This document shows positions 12,336 through 23,450 of a stretch of 38,004 nt of DNA, piece after piece; the stretch's first letter is position 1, and each line of letters begins with the position of its first letter. Source of the DNA: Octopus bimaculoides (lineage: Eukaryota); assembly GCF_001194135.2 (NCBI RefSeq), contig NC_068985.1:32245862-32283865 (forward strand), read 5' to 3'. Made by a program: the position numbers and the translations under genes. The notes under the pieces were generated by a model that saw only the letters and a program-made list of their open reading frames with translations, was not told the origin of the DNA and ran no database searches.

Positions 12336-12869
12336 AATGTGTCAAAATCGGACTACTTATTCGTTTAAGCGTGGATTTTTAAACTCCCTTTTTAACTATT
12401 TTTCTTATTCTAGCTTTTCTTTCTTAAGACGAAGTACCTCCGTTCTGTATGTTTTGAATATCAGACATTCACGATCTACTCGTGTGTGTGTATGTATGTA
12501 TGTATGTATATATATATATATATATATAAAGTACTTTTTAAAACCAGTAATTTTATAGTATACTGATTTTAAAAGTTAAATGAAAAAGAAAAGAAGTAAA
12601 TTTGCAGATTCTGAATCACATTTTCGAAAGCAAAAATTCAACAAATTCGATGACATGAAAATAAAATTTAAAGGAGAGGTTAAAAATTCACACTATTCAA
12701 CGAATTATACGCTTATGTATGTTAAGCTAAAATGATCGTTAATCGGCTGAAGTGGTAAAATAATTAGATTAAAAGCTCGCTTGTAATTTCAGATTTAAAT
12801 TTCTTTCCAAGATGCTTTGTCTTTAGTTGTAATTTTATTTTCATGATCAATGCATTACAGGAATATAAG

Positions 12870-12950
12870 ACGACCCAGAACTTGACTGGTACTTTATTAC
12901 CGTTGAAGCTTAAAAGGCAAAGTTGACTGCAACAAGATCTTAACTTAGAA
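12870..12950 (-). mobile_element. SINE family 1 core fragment
   Basis: CTGGTACTTTATT...AAAAGGCAAAGTTGAC is the reverse complement of the SINE core. Confidence 0.6.
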
Positions 12951-13377
12951 TTTTCGGAGATTTATAACATTTTTTTTTTTTTGTTTTACATATAATTTTG
13001 ATTCATTTTATATTTGAATGATCATAATTATTTAAGATACTTTATTTGAAAACTATGAAACCGATGAAAGAAACGGTTTCCTATTTACTTGTTTATCTTT
13101 TGCTTTTTGCCACATAAACTACATGATTTGTGGTATTTTCAATAACTGGGTCCACAAATTTCAGCCTATGATTTACAATTTAGTATATATATATATATAT
13201 ATCCGCCTACTTGTAAATTTTGATGACCCTGACACATTCCAATGGACTATGGATGAATACTTTGATGATAAAAGCTATCACAATGGACTGTGGATGAGTT
13301 ATTTTGATAAGAGCTGCCTGTCTGATGTCTCGAATTACGATCTCATATCAAATTATCTTGCCATAAAAGTACAACTG

Positions 13378-13378
<1 letters not shown>

Positions 13379-13438
<60 letters not shown>
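13379..13438. repeat. (TA)~30 microsatellite
   Basis: Seen directly. Confidence 0.97.
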
Positions 13439-13444
<6 letters not shown>

Positions 13445-13873
13445 TCACAAACAAAATAATGTTCTGGTTACATGTAAACTACAATCATATTAACGTTATT
13501 ATTAGGTATGCTATGGATTTCCATGGAATTGGTATGGATGTTCTCGCAGATGTCTCTAAGGGGATGTTACACCAATGAACTATGCTAATCTTATTAATTC
13601 CTTATTCTCAAATTTTGTCATCCCGAAGGTAATCCCTAATCCACATTTCATTTAAATAGTGTTGGAAGGTTAAGATGGCTACTATCGAAGAGCTTTTCAG
13701 CTCGTGTATCGCAAGTAAAATTGCGAGAATAATTCATCGCTTATTATCATTTTCTGTATACGTGGGTTGTTGCATCGATTACATGTTACGGTGTTAAAAG
13801 CGAAAGCACTCAATAATTCAAATATACATGTATGTCCCAAAGTACTCTTGTATTATAATTCCATTTGCAAGAG

Positions 13874-14007
13874 TGGTAGACTGGTAGAAACGTTAGTGTC
13901 ACACAAAATGTCTCGTGACATTTCTTCCGACTTTTCTCACATCTGAGTTCAAATCTCACTGAAGTCAACTTTGCCTTTCATTCTTTCGACGTCTATGAAA
14001 TTAAGTA
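13874..14007 (+). mobile_element. Degenerate SINE family 1
   Basis: CTGGTAGAAACGTTAG ... CTGAGTTCAAATC ... CAACTTTGCCTTTCATTCTTTCG ... ATTAAGTAC. Confidence 0.75.
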
Positions 14008-14329
14008 CACTCTTATTCGACTAATCCCCACCCCAACTTCAAGTCCTGTGCAACAGCTGTTTGCCCATTCACATCTAGGGGCTCAATTTAACCCTTTTTT
14101 TGTGTTCACTCTTTAGATTAGGTCTACTTGGGAGGGATCAGTCGTATACTCTGAATTTGTAGTTTTTTTTAGTTGCATACTGCCATTAGCTAGTATTTTG
14201 TTACAACGTTATATGCTGCCTTCAGTTGCGTTGCTGCAAAAGTATTATATTCGTTGCATACTTTCAAATTTTTATGACGTAAAATAGAATATACAGCAGA
14301 TGTTATCTTCTTTCTTTTACTTTTTACTC

Positions 14330-14480
14330 ATTAGACTACGGTCCTACTGAGGCACTATCTTGAAGGTGTCGACCCCTGTACTTATTTTGTAAGTTTGGTA
14401 CTTGTTCTGTCGTTCTCTTTTTGCTGACTGTAAACGAATCAACATTGGTTGTCAAGCTAAGATGGGGAATAAACACAAAC
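14330..14480 (+). repeat. Interspersed repeat family 3 (unclassified, SINE-like)
   Basis: CATTAGACTACGG...TTGAAGG...GACCCC...TACTTATT...GGTACTT pattern recurs at 16558-16730 and 16915-17060. Confidence 0.55.
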
Positions 14481-14723
14481 ACATAGAGTCTAATGAACTG
14501 TCCACAAAACTGCGGCTTTCGTGGATGCGAAACCATTAGTCAGTCAATGACCAGACTTTAACTTCAGTGCTTTTAAAGAGCAGTTGCCATATTCCCTTCC
14601 ATATCGGCTACATCTGATAAGCGTAATTATATAACTGGATTGTTACCCAACAATCCAATTGGTAAGACCCGCCGTGATGGATACTTAATACTATAAAATT
14701 TCGATAATATATAGATATATAAA

Positions 14724-14918
14724 GGCGGCGAGCTGGCAGAAACGTTAGCACACCGGGCAAAATGCTTAGCGGTATTTCGTCTGTCTTTACGTTCCGAGTT
14801 CAAATTCCGCCGAGGTAGACTTTGCCTTTCATCCTTTCGGAGTCGATAAATTAAGTACCAGCTTCGATCTAATCGACTGGCTTACTCTCCAAAAATTTCG
14901 GGGCTTGTGCCTAGAGTA
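14724..14918 (+). mobile_element. tRNA-derived SINE family 1, near-intact
   Basis: A-box-like TGGCAGAAACGTTAG, B-box GAGTTCAAATTCC, core GCCTTTCATCCTTTCGGAGTCGATAAATTAAGTACCAG; 15 CpGs retained. Confidence 0.93.
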
Positions 14919-14930
14919 TATATATATATG

Positions 14931-15089
14931 CGACGGGCTTCTTTCCGTTTCCGTCTACCGTATCCACTCACAAGGCTTTGCCCGGGCCGATAGTAGAAGA
15001 TACTTGCCTAAAGTGTCACACATTAAAACTGTTCCCGGAACCATGTGGTTGGGAAGCAAACTTCTAACCACACAGACACGCCTGCGCCT
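14931..15089 (-). mobile_element. SINE family 2, tail-to-tail with family 1 copy across a (TA)n
   Basis: Minus strand AGGCGCAGGCGTGTCTGTGTGGTTAGAAG ... GGAAAGAAGCCCGTCG. Confidence 0.85.
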
Positions 15090-15323
15090 ATTTTGAATAC
15101 ACCATTAATCTTCATCATTTCTTAATTCAAGGGCATCAAAAGACGTAAATTCATTTCTGAATATTGATTGTTTCGATAACTATATATAGTATTGTATAGT
15201 TAGAGTTGTGGGTTGATATATGTGGTGATAATGTGGCATATACAATGCTACATTAATGTAATTCAGTTAATGTACTAAATCAGACACATTTTGCAACAGT
15301 TGACTAAAAGTAGGGATTGCCGT

Positions 15324-15395
15324 AGTCACGTGACTTGTTTGTTTATGTAGCAACGCAAATTTTGAGGTGGTAACGGTTTGTATGACGGAAATTAC
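15324..15395. promoter_or_regulatory. Promoter-like motif cluster (palindromic E-box, RFX-type half site, ETS-like core)
   Basis: AGTCACGTGACT 12-bp palindrome (15324-15335), GTAGCAAC, CGGAAAT within 70 bp of CpG-rich unique sequence. Confidence 0.45.
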
Positions 15396-15454
15396 CGAAA
15401 AAAAAAAAAAAAAAAAAAAAAAAGACAGAACCTAACATCAGAGCAAAATAATGG

Positions 15455-15645
15455 NNNNNNNNNNNNNNNNNNNNNNNNNNNNNNNNNNNNNNNNNNNNNN
15501 NNNNNNNNNNNNNNNNNNNNNNNNNNNNNNNNNNNNNNNNNNNNNNNNNNNNNNNNNNNNNNNNNNNNNNNNNNNNNNNNNNNNNNNNNNNNNNNNNNNN
15601 NNNNNNNNNNNNNNNNNNNNNNNNNNNNNNNNNNNNNNNNNNNNN
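15455..15645. other. Assembly gap with duplicated flanks
   Basis: 191 N; poly-A + GACAGAACCTAACATCAGAGCAAAATAATGG on both sides. Confidence 0.97.
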
Positions 15646-16035
15646 AAAAAAAAAAAAAAAAAAAAAAAAAAGACAGAACCTAACATCAGAGCAAAATAAT
15701 GGGGATGGGATACTTTATCTGAATTGAGAAGACCTAGAGTTCGGATAGTTTGAGCGAAGAAATGAGTAAAGCATTTCGATGAGAACTATTTTCTGTCACG
15801 AATAAGCTATGGACCTTAATGTTAGTTGAAGTTCTAAAGAAAATCAAGGCCACGCTGTTCTTGGTAACTGAAAGATATGTTTGTTGTGAAAGTTCCAGAT
15901 AGTGTTTAATCAGTTTAAATGAAGTATATCATGAGCAGCCATAGCGTGTATGATACCGGAAGAAGATGTAAGGGACATAACTATTTTTATAGACATGCAG
16001 TTCATCTTATTTCCTTAATTGGATTAACCTCATGT

Positions 16036-16068
16036 TGACCTTGACCTTGGGTACGAAACGGAAGTGAC
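16036..16068. promoter_or_regulatory. Promoter-like motifs (tandem nuclear-receptor half sites and ETS site)
   Basis: TGACCTTGACCT (16036-16047) and CGGAAGTGAC (16059-16068); a further CCGGAAG followed by GAT|gtaagg lies near 15957-15975. Confidence 0.45.
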
Positions 16069-16112
16069 ATAGCAGCAGCGCTTGGAAGTGTTTTAGCAGC
16101 CGATATAAATGT

Positions 16113-16524
16113 CGGGAAGCTGACAGAAGCGTCAGCACGCCGGGCGAAATGCTTAGCGGTATTTCATCTGCCGTTACGTTCTGAGTTCAAATTTTGCCGA
16201 GGTCGACCTTGCCTTTCATCATTTTGGGCTCGATAAATTAAGTACCAGTTACGCACTGTGGTTGATGTAATTGACTTAATCTTTTTGTCTGTCCTTGTTT
16301 AGCCCCTTGTGGACAATAAAGAAATAAGAAACGATAGCACGCCGGGCGAAATGCTTAGTGATATTTCGTTTGTCTTTATGTTCTGAGTTCAAATTCCGCC
16401 GAGGTCGACTCTGCCTTTCATCCTTTCAGGGTCGATAAATTAAGTACCAGTTGCGCACTGATTTCGATCTAATCGACTGGCCCCCTCCCCAAAAGTTTCG
16501 GGCCTTGTGCCTAGAGTAAAAAAA
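16113..16524 (+). mobile_element. Head-to-tail dimer of SINE family 1
   Basis: Two consecutive head+core units (second starts GAAACGATAGCACGCC at ~16328) with different 3' tails; ends CTAGAGTAAAAAAAG. Confidence 0.9.
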
Positions 16525-16557
16525 GGATATAAATATATATATTTTGGTCCTTGTGTA

Positions 16558-16730
16558 AGTCATTTGACTGTAGCTATGTTGGGGCACCGCCTTGAAAAAT
16601 TTTTGTCAAACGACTCGACCTTAGTCCTTTTATTAAAGTCTAGTACTTTGTCGCTCTCATTTGCCAAACTGCTAAGTTACAGAGACGTAAACACACCAAT
16701 ACTGGTTCTCAAGCAGTGGTGGGACACACG
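16558..16730 (+). repeat. Interspersed repeat family 3
   Basis: GTCATTTGACTG...GGGGCACCGCCTTGAA...CTGCTAAGTTACAGAGACGTAAACACACC. Confidence 0.7.
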
Positions 16731-16764
16731 TGTGTGTGTGTATAAATATATATATTTATATATA

Positions 16765-16912
16765 CGATGGGCTTCTTTCAGTTTCCGACTACCATATTCA
16801 TTCACAAAGCTTTAGTTGGCCAGAAGCTATAGTAAAATCTACTTGCTCAAGGAACCTCATTGTGGGTCTAAACCTCGAACCACGGGTTTTTGGGAAGCAT
16901 ACTTTTTACCAT
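16765..16912 (-). mobile_element. SINE family 2 (diverged)
   Basis: CGATGGGCTTCTTTCAGTTTCCGACTACC...CACAAAGCTTT matches the 14931 copy. Confidence 0.8.
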
Positions 16913-16914
16913 AC

Positions 16915-17060
16915 TTTGTTTCAGTCTTTGGGCTGCAGGCATACTGGGTGATCCCCTTGAAGGGTTTCAATTGGATGAATCTACCCCAAATTCTTTTTAA
17001 AGTTTGGTACATATACTATCAGTCTCTTATACTGAACTGCTAAGTTACGGGGACAGACAC
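16915..17060 (+). repeat. Interspersed repeat family 3 (diverged)
   Basis: TTGTTTCAGTC...CCTTGAAGGG...ACTGAACTGCTAAGTTACGGGGAC. Confidence 0.65.
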
Positions 17061-18544
17061 GTGTGTGTGTGTATGTATGTATCTATCCTATAACATATAA
17101 AACTAACAGTTGCCTAGCTGTTTTTATTGTATGAGGTGTAGGCTGGGTTGCACTGAACTTGAATGAGAAGTTAAGTTAAAGTATCTAAATTTGTAAATTT
17201 CCATGCTGTGGGCGGGGCTTGGATCTATTCCATCACATGCACAGATTTTTTTAATTGATTGTTTTTTAAGTAAATACTTTGAAACTTCGTATACTGGTAG
17301 AATGTATCACGATGGACCCCAGGGCTTGGTGAAAGATTACTCTATTATATTGGATACATACATACCAAAATACATAGAAACATGCATGCATGCACATATA
17401 CACATACTAATACATATATGCATATGTAACTTTTAGAACGCTAATGAAGGAAAAAGGAGATGGGTGTGAGGAACATGTAGGTTTAAGGACATAGGTGGTT
17501 GTTAAGTTGACAACAGTTGTTCACATGCACATCTTAAATATAATAAAATGCAATGTGCCTCTCATAACTGTAATGAGCTAGTGGGATATTTTTGAAGAGT
17601 AAGAAGGAATAATATTGATGTGACCTGGGCAGCTGAGTGATGTGGGAAAGGGTTGGTAACAGATAAAAGCAAGGGTGAAGTGTAACAGATGAAGTGGTAG
17701 AGAGATGCGTACTTCCTTCCATGACACACACACATAATTTCATACATACATAACAGATCGTCATATCGCTCTCTCCAGCTCCTATTTCTCCCTTATTCTC
17801 TCTCTTTCTACACATACACTCACAAGCCCAAATCGTAGCAGGTGAAGACTAAAGAAAATGTTTATATTTGTGATGTATATACATGTGTGGATGTATATGA
17901 GTGTTTGTTCATGTGTGTATATACATACACACAATCATGTCTAATGAAAAAACCTCATCGAAATTACTTGATCCGCTAGAAATAACCAAACCTCCCTCAA
18001 TGTCACACACTGCCATCTTCAGAAACCGAAAGACACATTGAATAAGAAGTAAAACAAAGGCAGTATGTTAATAGCGTGAATATTTTAGATCATAGATCTA
18101 CTTGATCATGTTTGCTGTGGAACTAAACAGCATGTACATACATACATTTATGGCATTAGACACACGCAAACACATATTTACAATTAACTCTCTCTCTCTA
18201 TCTATCTATCACATTTTCTATTTGCCTGTTTGTGACTTATTGTCTTTTATTCTATATTTCCCCCTTCTCTCTCTTTGTCTTTCATCTTTCATATTACTTA
18301 CTCACTCACACATACACACTCTCTCTCTTTCACCCACCTCACATACTCACAAAAGACAGTGTTTAAACCGAAATTATCTGGTAGCAACCAAAGTATTCTC
18401 TCTTTTTTTATTTTGCATTTATGAGCAGGCGTAAAGTAGTTATCATCTGCTAATCGTTTAGAGTCTCATCGCTCTTGTTTCACGAAGAAAACATCTAAAG
18501 TCAACATTGAAGGTGAAGTGCCTTAAAGTCATTGAAATAAATAT

Positions 18545-18579
<35 letters not shown>

Positions 18580-18599
18580 ACTTATAAAATTGTACTCAC

Positions 18600-18686
18600 C
18601 CAATCATCTATCGCAAAGTTAGAATGATTTCTGAACTGGAAATTGATATCGTTTGGACTCTTATCAGTTTTTTGTGTTATAATCAT
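18600..18686 (-). CDS. Candidate first coding exon of a minus-strand gene
   Basis: ATG at 18686, 29 open codons (MIITQKTDKSPNDINFQFRNHSNFAIDDW), then consensus donor TGG|gtgagt, phase 0. No homology recognised. Confidence 0.25.
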
Positions 18687-19043
18687 TGGTTGCCGTTCTC
18701 TTTGCAAAGAAGCTATCTAAACTTTGAACAAAAAGTAAAGTACCTTTTTAAATTCATTGAAAGAATATTGAACAAAACATATCAACTTATCTCTTTTATA
18801 AAGTCATAGGTGATAACTGCATTTTCGAAACTGTCACTCTTTCTCAAAACAGCTGCTATTTTTACTGGTTGATTTTTGGGAGAGATGCAATTATACACAA
18901 AATACCCTTGATTCTGTCTGACTCTGAAATGCCTTTCATATTCAAAAAACCTACAGTTCTAAGTAAAATTCAGCTATGTCTTTAAATGAATATCAGGAAC
19001 AAGCTTTGTCTGTTTATATATATAAAGGTTTGGTGATACAAAC

Positions 19044-19145
19044 GTAAGTTTGTGGGATGGGAGTGAGGCAAAATTAGCAGCCGGGTTAAAATTAGTAATT
19101 TCTGATTTCTCGTTATTTTCCCCCTACCTGTTCGTTACATTGCAG
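19044..19145 (+). other. Candidate short first intron of a plus-strand transcript
   Basis: AAC|gtaagt donor and pyrimidine tract ...cccctacctgttcgttacattgcag|G acceptor, 102 nt, at the right edge of the CpG-retaining zone. Confidence 0.45.
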
Positions 19146-19596
19146 GTATTGTATCGTCTTTCGGAGTAAAAATTGGTCAGCATAGTTGTTGAAGTTGAGA
19201 AAGTTTGAAACAGTCAAATAAATGACTTGTGCTCTTTAATATTATTCTTTTAGGATTGTTGAATGCAGGCATAGTTATAGCAACAGGAATAAAGTAGCCT
19301 TGATATTATTTTGTGACTGTGTTTAAACCAGAGCTTGTTATTTATTGCTTCAGTTTGGACTAGCCCTATGTTCTAACTTGCATGATTTGATGTTTGTCAT
19401 GTCAGAAGAGAACCTGATTTCTTGTAGAAAGAAAAGCTTTTTGTGAGATGCCACATTGACCCAGTACATAGTAATGGCTGTACAGCATGTAGAGCATCCC
19501 TCAACATGGTATCCTGTCATGAAATATTTAATATTTTTTTATTTTTAAGAGCTAAGTTTACATGGTTCTGAATGCCTTTCTTATTCTGCATTTTCT

Positions 19597-19745
19597 GTGG
19601 TTGGCGTTAGGAAGGGTATCCAGCTGTTGAAACTTTGCCAGATCAGATTGGAGCCTGGTATAGCCTTCTAGCTCGCCAGTCTTCAGTCAAACCGTCCAAC
19701 CCATGCCAGCATGGAAAGCGGACGTTAAATGATGATGATGGTGAT
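19597..19745 (+). mobile_element. RTE LINE 3' terminal fragment
   Basis: GTGGTTGGCGTTAGGAAGGGTATCCAGCTG...CATGGAAAGCGGACGTTAAATGATGATGATG, near-identical in layout to 8510-8665. Confidence 0.9.
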
Positions 19746-20600
19746 TACATGAGGTCGTATGAGTAGGGATTATGTTGGCTTGTTAAAATCCTATGACTTT
19801 TAGGAACTACATCAACTTCATTGACATGAAGGAGGCTTCCTCTGTCTGAATAAATAAATGATAGCATTCTAAAAATGGAGATGAGTTAGACATGTTCTAA
19901 CAACAAAGATATTTGTGTTGTGGCATAGTTTGACAAACAGAAATATAAAAAAAATAACCAATTATAATTACACAATGCACACTCACTATACTTCTTTGAC
20001 AGAAAATGCAAAGTTATGTACATCTATAAGGTGGAGCATTCTTCTTATATCAGAACATACTATGGAATTATGTAGTGATTCTAAATTCATTGATGTCGAA
20101 GTAGTAGTGCCATTTTGAGACAGACTGATCAGTTAAAATTTCTTCAAGCCCCTAGCCATTTTAAGACTTGTTTAAGGACATTGATAAAAATGACACTAGA
20201 CTACCACATTTTGATAATGTAACAGCAATAGTTTTATCAGTAGCATTTTCTTCAACTGTAAATAGGAAATAATTATTGATAGCAGCTGCAGTTGCCTGGT
20301 TATATGACTTATATAGAATTTATACTTTTAGAATTATAACATTTTCTGACAGATAGATATTTTGAACTAACTAATGGCCTAAGTTTTAAAAAGGATGAAG
20401 GCATCAAATTTGTTTTTATTCTATCCATTTTGCTTCAGTAATTGATAACTTCTAAATTGAATAAACCGTTGTGAAACAGAAAGTTCAAATAATATCCTTT
20501 AATCAATTTAAAAGAGACCTATATTACTAGTAGCTATAGCCTGTGTTTCCAAAAGATCTAAGGAACACAACTGCCTTTATAAATAAGCAATTCTTTTCAG

Positions 20601-20647
20601 GGTTCATTGTGATATGTGGAAGTGACTAAAATTTACAAAGTCAATGG
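20601..20647 (+). other. Candidate non-coding exon
   Basis: ttcttttcag|G ... TGG|gtatgt; stops in all three frames. Confidence 0.35.
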
Positions 20648-21044
20648 GTATGTACAATGTACTGAAATTTGTGTATTCAATAATTGTGGCTATGACAAAC
20701 CAAGTAAAGTTTATGTTGCAAAAAGCAAAAGAAAAATGTAAAAATGTGTGCAACCCACCATAGGAAATTTTATTAGTAAAATAAACAATTATAGATATAA
20801 ATGAAAGGGTGACAGCTTTCTGTAAAACCATTGGACTTGTTCCTTTAAGTTGTATAAATGTATACAACTTTACTAATAATGTAAATAATCTGTTGTAAAA
20901 TGTGGTGATACATTAAATTGAGATTCTAAATTATTCAAACTTTAAACAAGAAATAAAACCCAATTGTTAAGAAAGGAACTGTCTGACATTTTTTAATGTC
21001 AATAATGGTTTTTGATTTAGGTATAAGACCAACAGTTTTGAGGA

Positions 21045-21150
21045 GACTTAGTTGGTACCACCAACCCCAGTACTAGTCTGGTACTTTACTTTATTGACCT
21101 CAGTGGGATGAAAGTTGACATTGGTAGGATTTGAAATCAGAAAATAAAGA
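21045..21150 (-). mobile_element. SINE family 1 fragment
   Basis: CTGGTACTTTACTTTATTGACCTCAGTGGGATGAAAGTTGAC...GATTTGAAATCAG is the reverse complement of core and B-box. Confidence 0.65.
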
Positions 21151-21610
21151 ACCAAAAGAAATCCATATCAGAATTACTGCTTCCTCTCTCAGTTATTCTT
21201 ATTTGTTAACAATAGCATGTAAAAGATGTAGTTTTGCATTGATTGGGGATATTCAAGTCCTCTATATCTCTGAAGAAAGCAACAAGAAATCATTCTAGAG
21301 TCCTTAAACCTCATGGTCACTGGACCATCTTGTTAATAGATTTGGGCTTTGTTGCTGGCAATCAACTACATATGAAAAGCTAGTGCACAGCAGTATATGC
21401 TCTGTTGTCTTCACTATACTTGAACATTTACTGCCAGACATATTTTGCTTTCATGCAAAGATGGCACAATGCTTGTTAACTAAATGAGGTATCAACTCAT
21501 TATTCTTTGTCTGAAAGGTTTAACCTTATCATTTCTGCCATTGAAACTCTTCAATTATTTCATAATTCAATTTAACTACTAGATATGATAATTTATGAAT
21601 TAAAAATTAT

Positions 21611-21848
21611 TTAACCCTTTAGCATTTAATCCAGCCATATCTGGTCTAAAATATTCTGTTTTATGTTAAAACTGACTAGATCCAACCTCTCATACCTACC
21701 CTACAATGTCATTCTAAAAGTATGCAAACAATACCATCAAAATATTGAAGCTACAAGATAATGAATGTATAATTAACCCTTTTGTTCAAAACAATGTAAA
21801 TAAATAAGCAATACATTTGACAAAGAAATCTGAATGCTAAAGTCTTAA
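21611..21848. mobile_element. piggyBac-type MITE
   Basis: TTAA-CCCTTTAGCATTTA at left and TGAATGCTAAAGTC-TTAA at right: TTAA target sites, CCC-initiated TIR, right end decayed (GG to TC); no ORF. Confidence 0.7.
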
Positions 21849-22093
21849 TACAATGACTTTGTTCAAATGAAATTGCATCTAAAACTTCTTATTTTGGTAG
21901 TATGTTACTTTATTGCTAGAAAAATCTACTGTTTATTGTTGAAAATTATTCAGTTGCCAGAATAATTTAAATACTTAATTAGTATTTATCATTTATAATT
22001 TTTGATTAGATGTAAAACTCTAGTCCATTAACATTTTCTGTTACTATGATATTTTGAGATTTATTTTTTATTCTTTTTTTTTCTCTTTTACAG

Positions 22094-22222
22094 AGATACC
22101 TTAGTGACTTCTGCTTTTCAAGTGTATGATTCACCAACAATGTGGTACTTTTTCACTTCTATTTACAAAACATTTTACTGAAACAAGTGAAGTAAATAGT
22201 TGTCCCTCAATCTTAATATATG
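22094..22222 (+). other. Candidate 5' UTR/non-coding exon ending in ATG
   Basis: Very strong acceptor ttcttttttttctcttttacag| and donor ATATG|gtgagt; 129 nt, stops in all frames. Confidence 0.5.
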
Positions 22223-23149
22223 GTGAGTTTGCTTGAGTTTATCATAAATTAAGAAGTGGGATTTAAATGCTCTTCTACTTTCCAAAAAACACATTTAAAT
22301 TAGTAATTTCATATTTTTGGTCTAGTTTTATAATGTAGTATATTTTTATATATACTACATTATAATAATTACATTATTGATTTCTAGTATGTGTTTCCTC
22401 ATGCTGTAATTCTGTTATAAGTAAAATGTTAACTAATATATAACAGGTAATGTTGGGAATATACTTTTGTCATTGTTGCTATATAAATACAATAACCATA
22501 ATTTTACATATTTAAAATTTCATTGTGCCTATAAAATAAGGAAATGAATAAAAAATGTTATCAATAACAATAATACTGTTTAGCCATCAATTCATTGCAA
22601 CTGTACTTCTACCTCATACTAACAACAGTAGCAAAAGTATATTTTTAACATTACATGTGATATGTGTAACACCTCAGTTAATATATAGTAACAAGGGAGA
22701 TAAATCCAATAAAATCAGAGTGGTCTCCCTTGCATGGTACAACGGGAGAGAAACAGAGATTCTGCCAATTATATTGATAGATTATTATCATCATAGTTAT
22801 TTTAGCATCCCCTTTTTACATGCTGAAACAGGTTGGGCAGGTCTACTGTATTGTATATCACTAATTGACTTGATTTTTCATCACCTTATTTGTTAGACAT
22901 ACCTTCCTGCTAGCTAACCCCACAACTTCTCACATTTACCTCTTCTGTAGTTATCATGCAACACTGAGCAATCATTGTCCATTTATATCATATTCATATT
23001 AGCACAATTGTCTCTTTCGCATTAATTGATTTGTGCTTTTAATGCCTAGCTACTCTTGTGGTGCATTTGTACAAATTACATATACAAGTGAACTAACAGG
23101 ATTATGTCTGAGGGTGTGATGATGTATGGTAATGGGACAGGGATGTTGG

Positions 23150-23450
23150 ATAGTGTTGAGGGATTGAAATGAGTTGATGATCATCTATGGTATGTGTAAC
23201 GCCAATTTGATTGAAACATGGAGTACAATTGAGCTGAAAGAGAACATAGTGTTGGAGATGTGATTCAAATGGATAGTATCTCACAAGTTAAAAAGTGGCA
23301 TGTGCTAGCAGTAGAAGGCACCTTCAGCAAAGAAAATCAGAGAGAAAGTGAAAAGATTACATCTCAATATATTGGGTATTAGTTTTGAGACAATTCTGCC
23401 ACATTGCAGACCCATCCAATGTCTGGAAAGCTGGATATTAGAAACCTGAT
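23150..23450 (+). mobile_element. Highly degenerate RTE LINE 3' ORF fragment
   Basis: TTAAAAAGTGGCATGTGCTAGCAGTAGAAGGCACC (KKWHVLAVEGT) parallels the ORF end of the 8850-9890 copy. Confidence 0.4.

Noticed and set aside
13690-13703. Histone 3' stem-loop look-alike GAGCT-TTTC-AGCTC
   Set aside because: Only a 5-bp stem, non-consensus stem sequence, and no histone ORF upstream.
14724-14810. tRNA genes at A-box/B-box motifs
   Set aside because: No cloverleaf; they continue into SINE core and tail in multiple copies.
15398-15702. Apparent direct repeat around the third gap
   Set aside because: Identical sequence either side of Ns next to a long poly-A is typical of an unmerged contig overlap.
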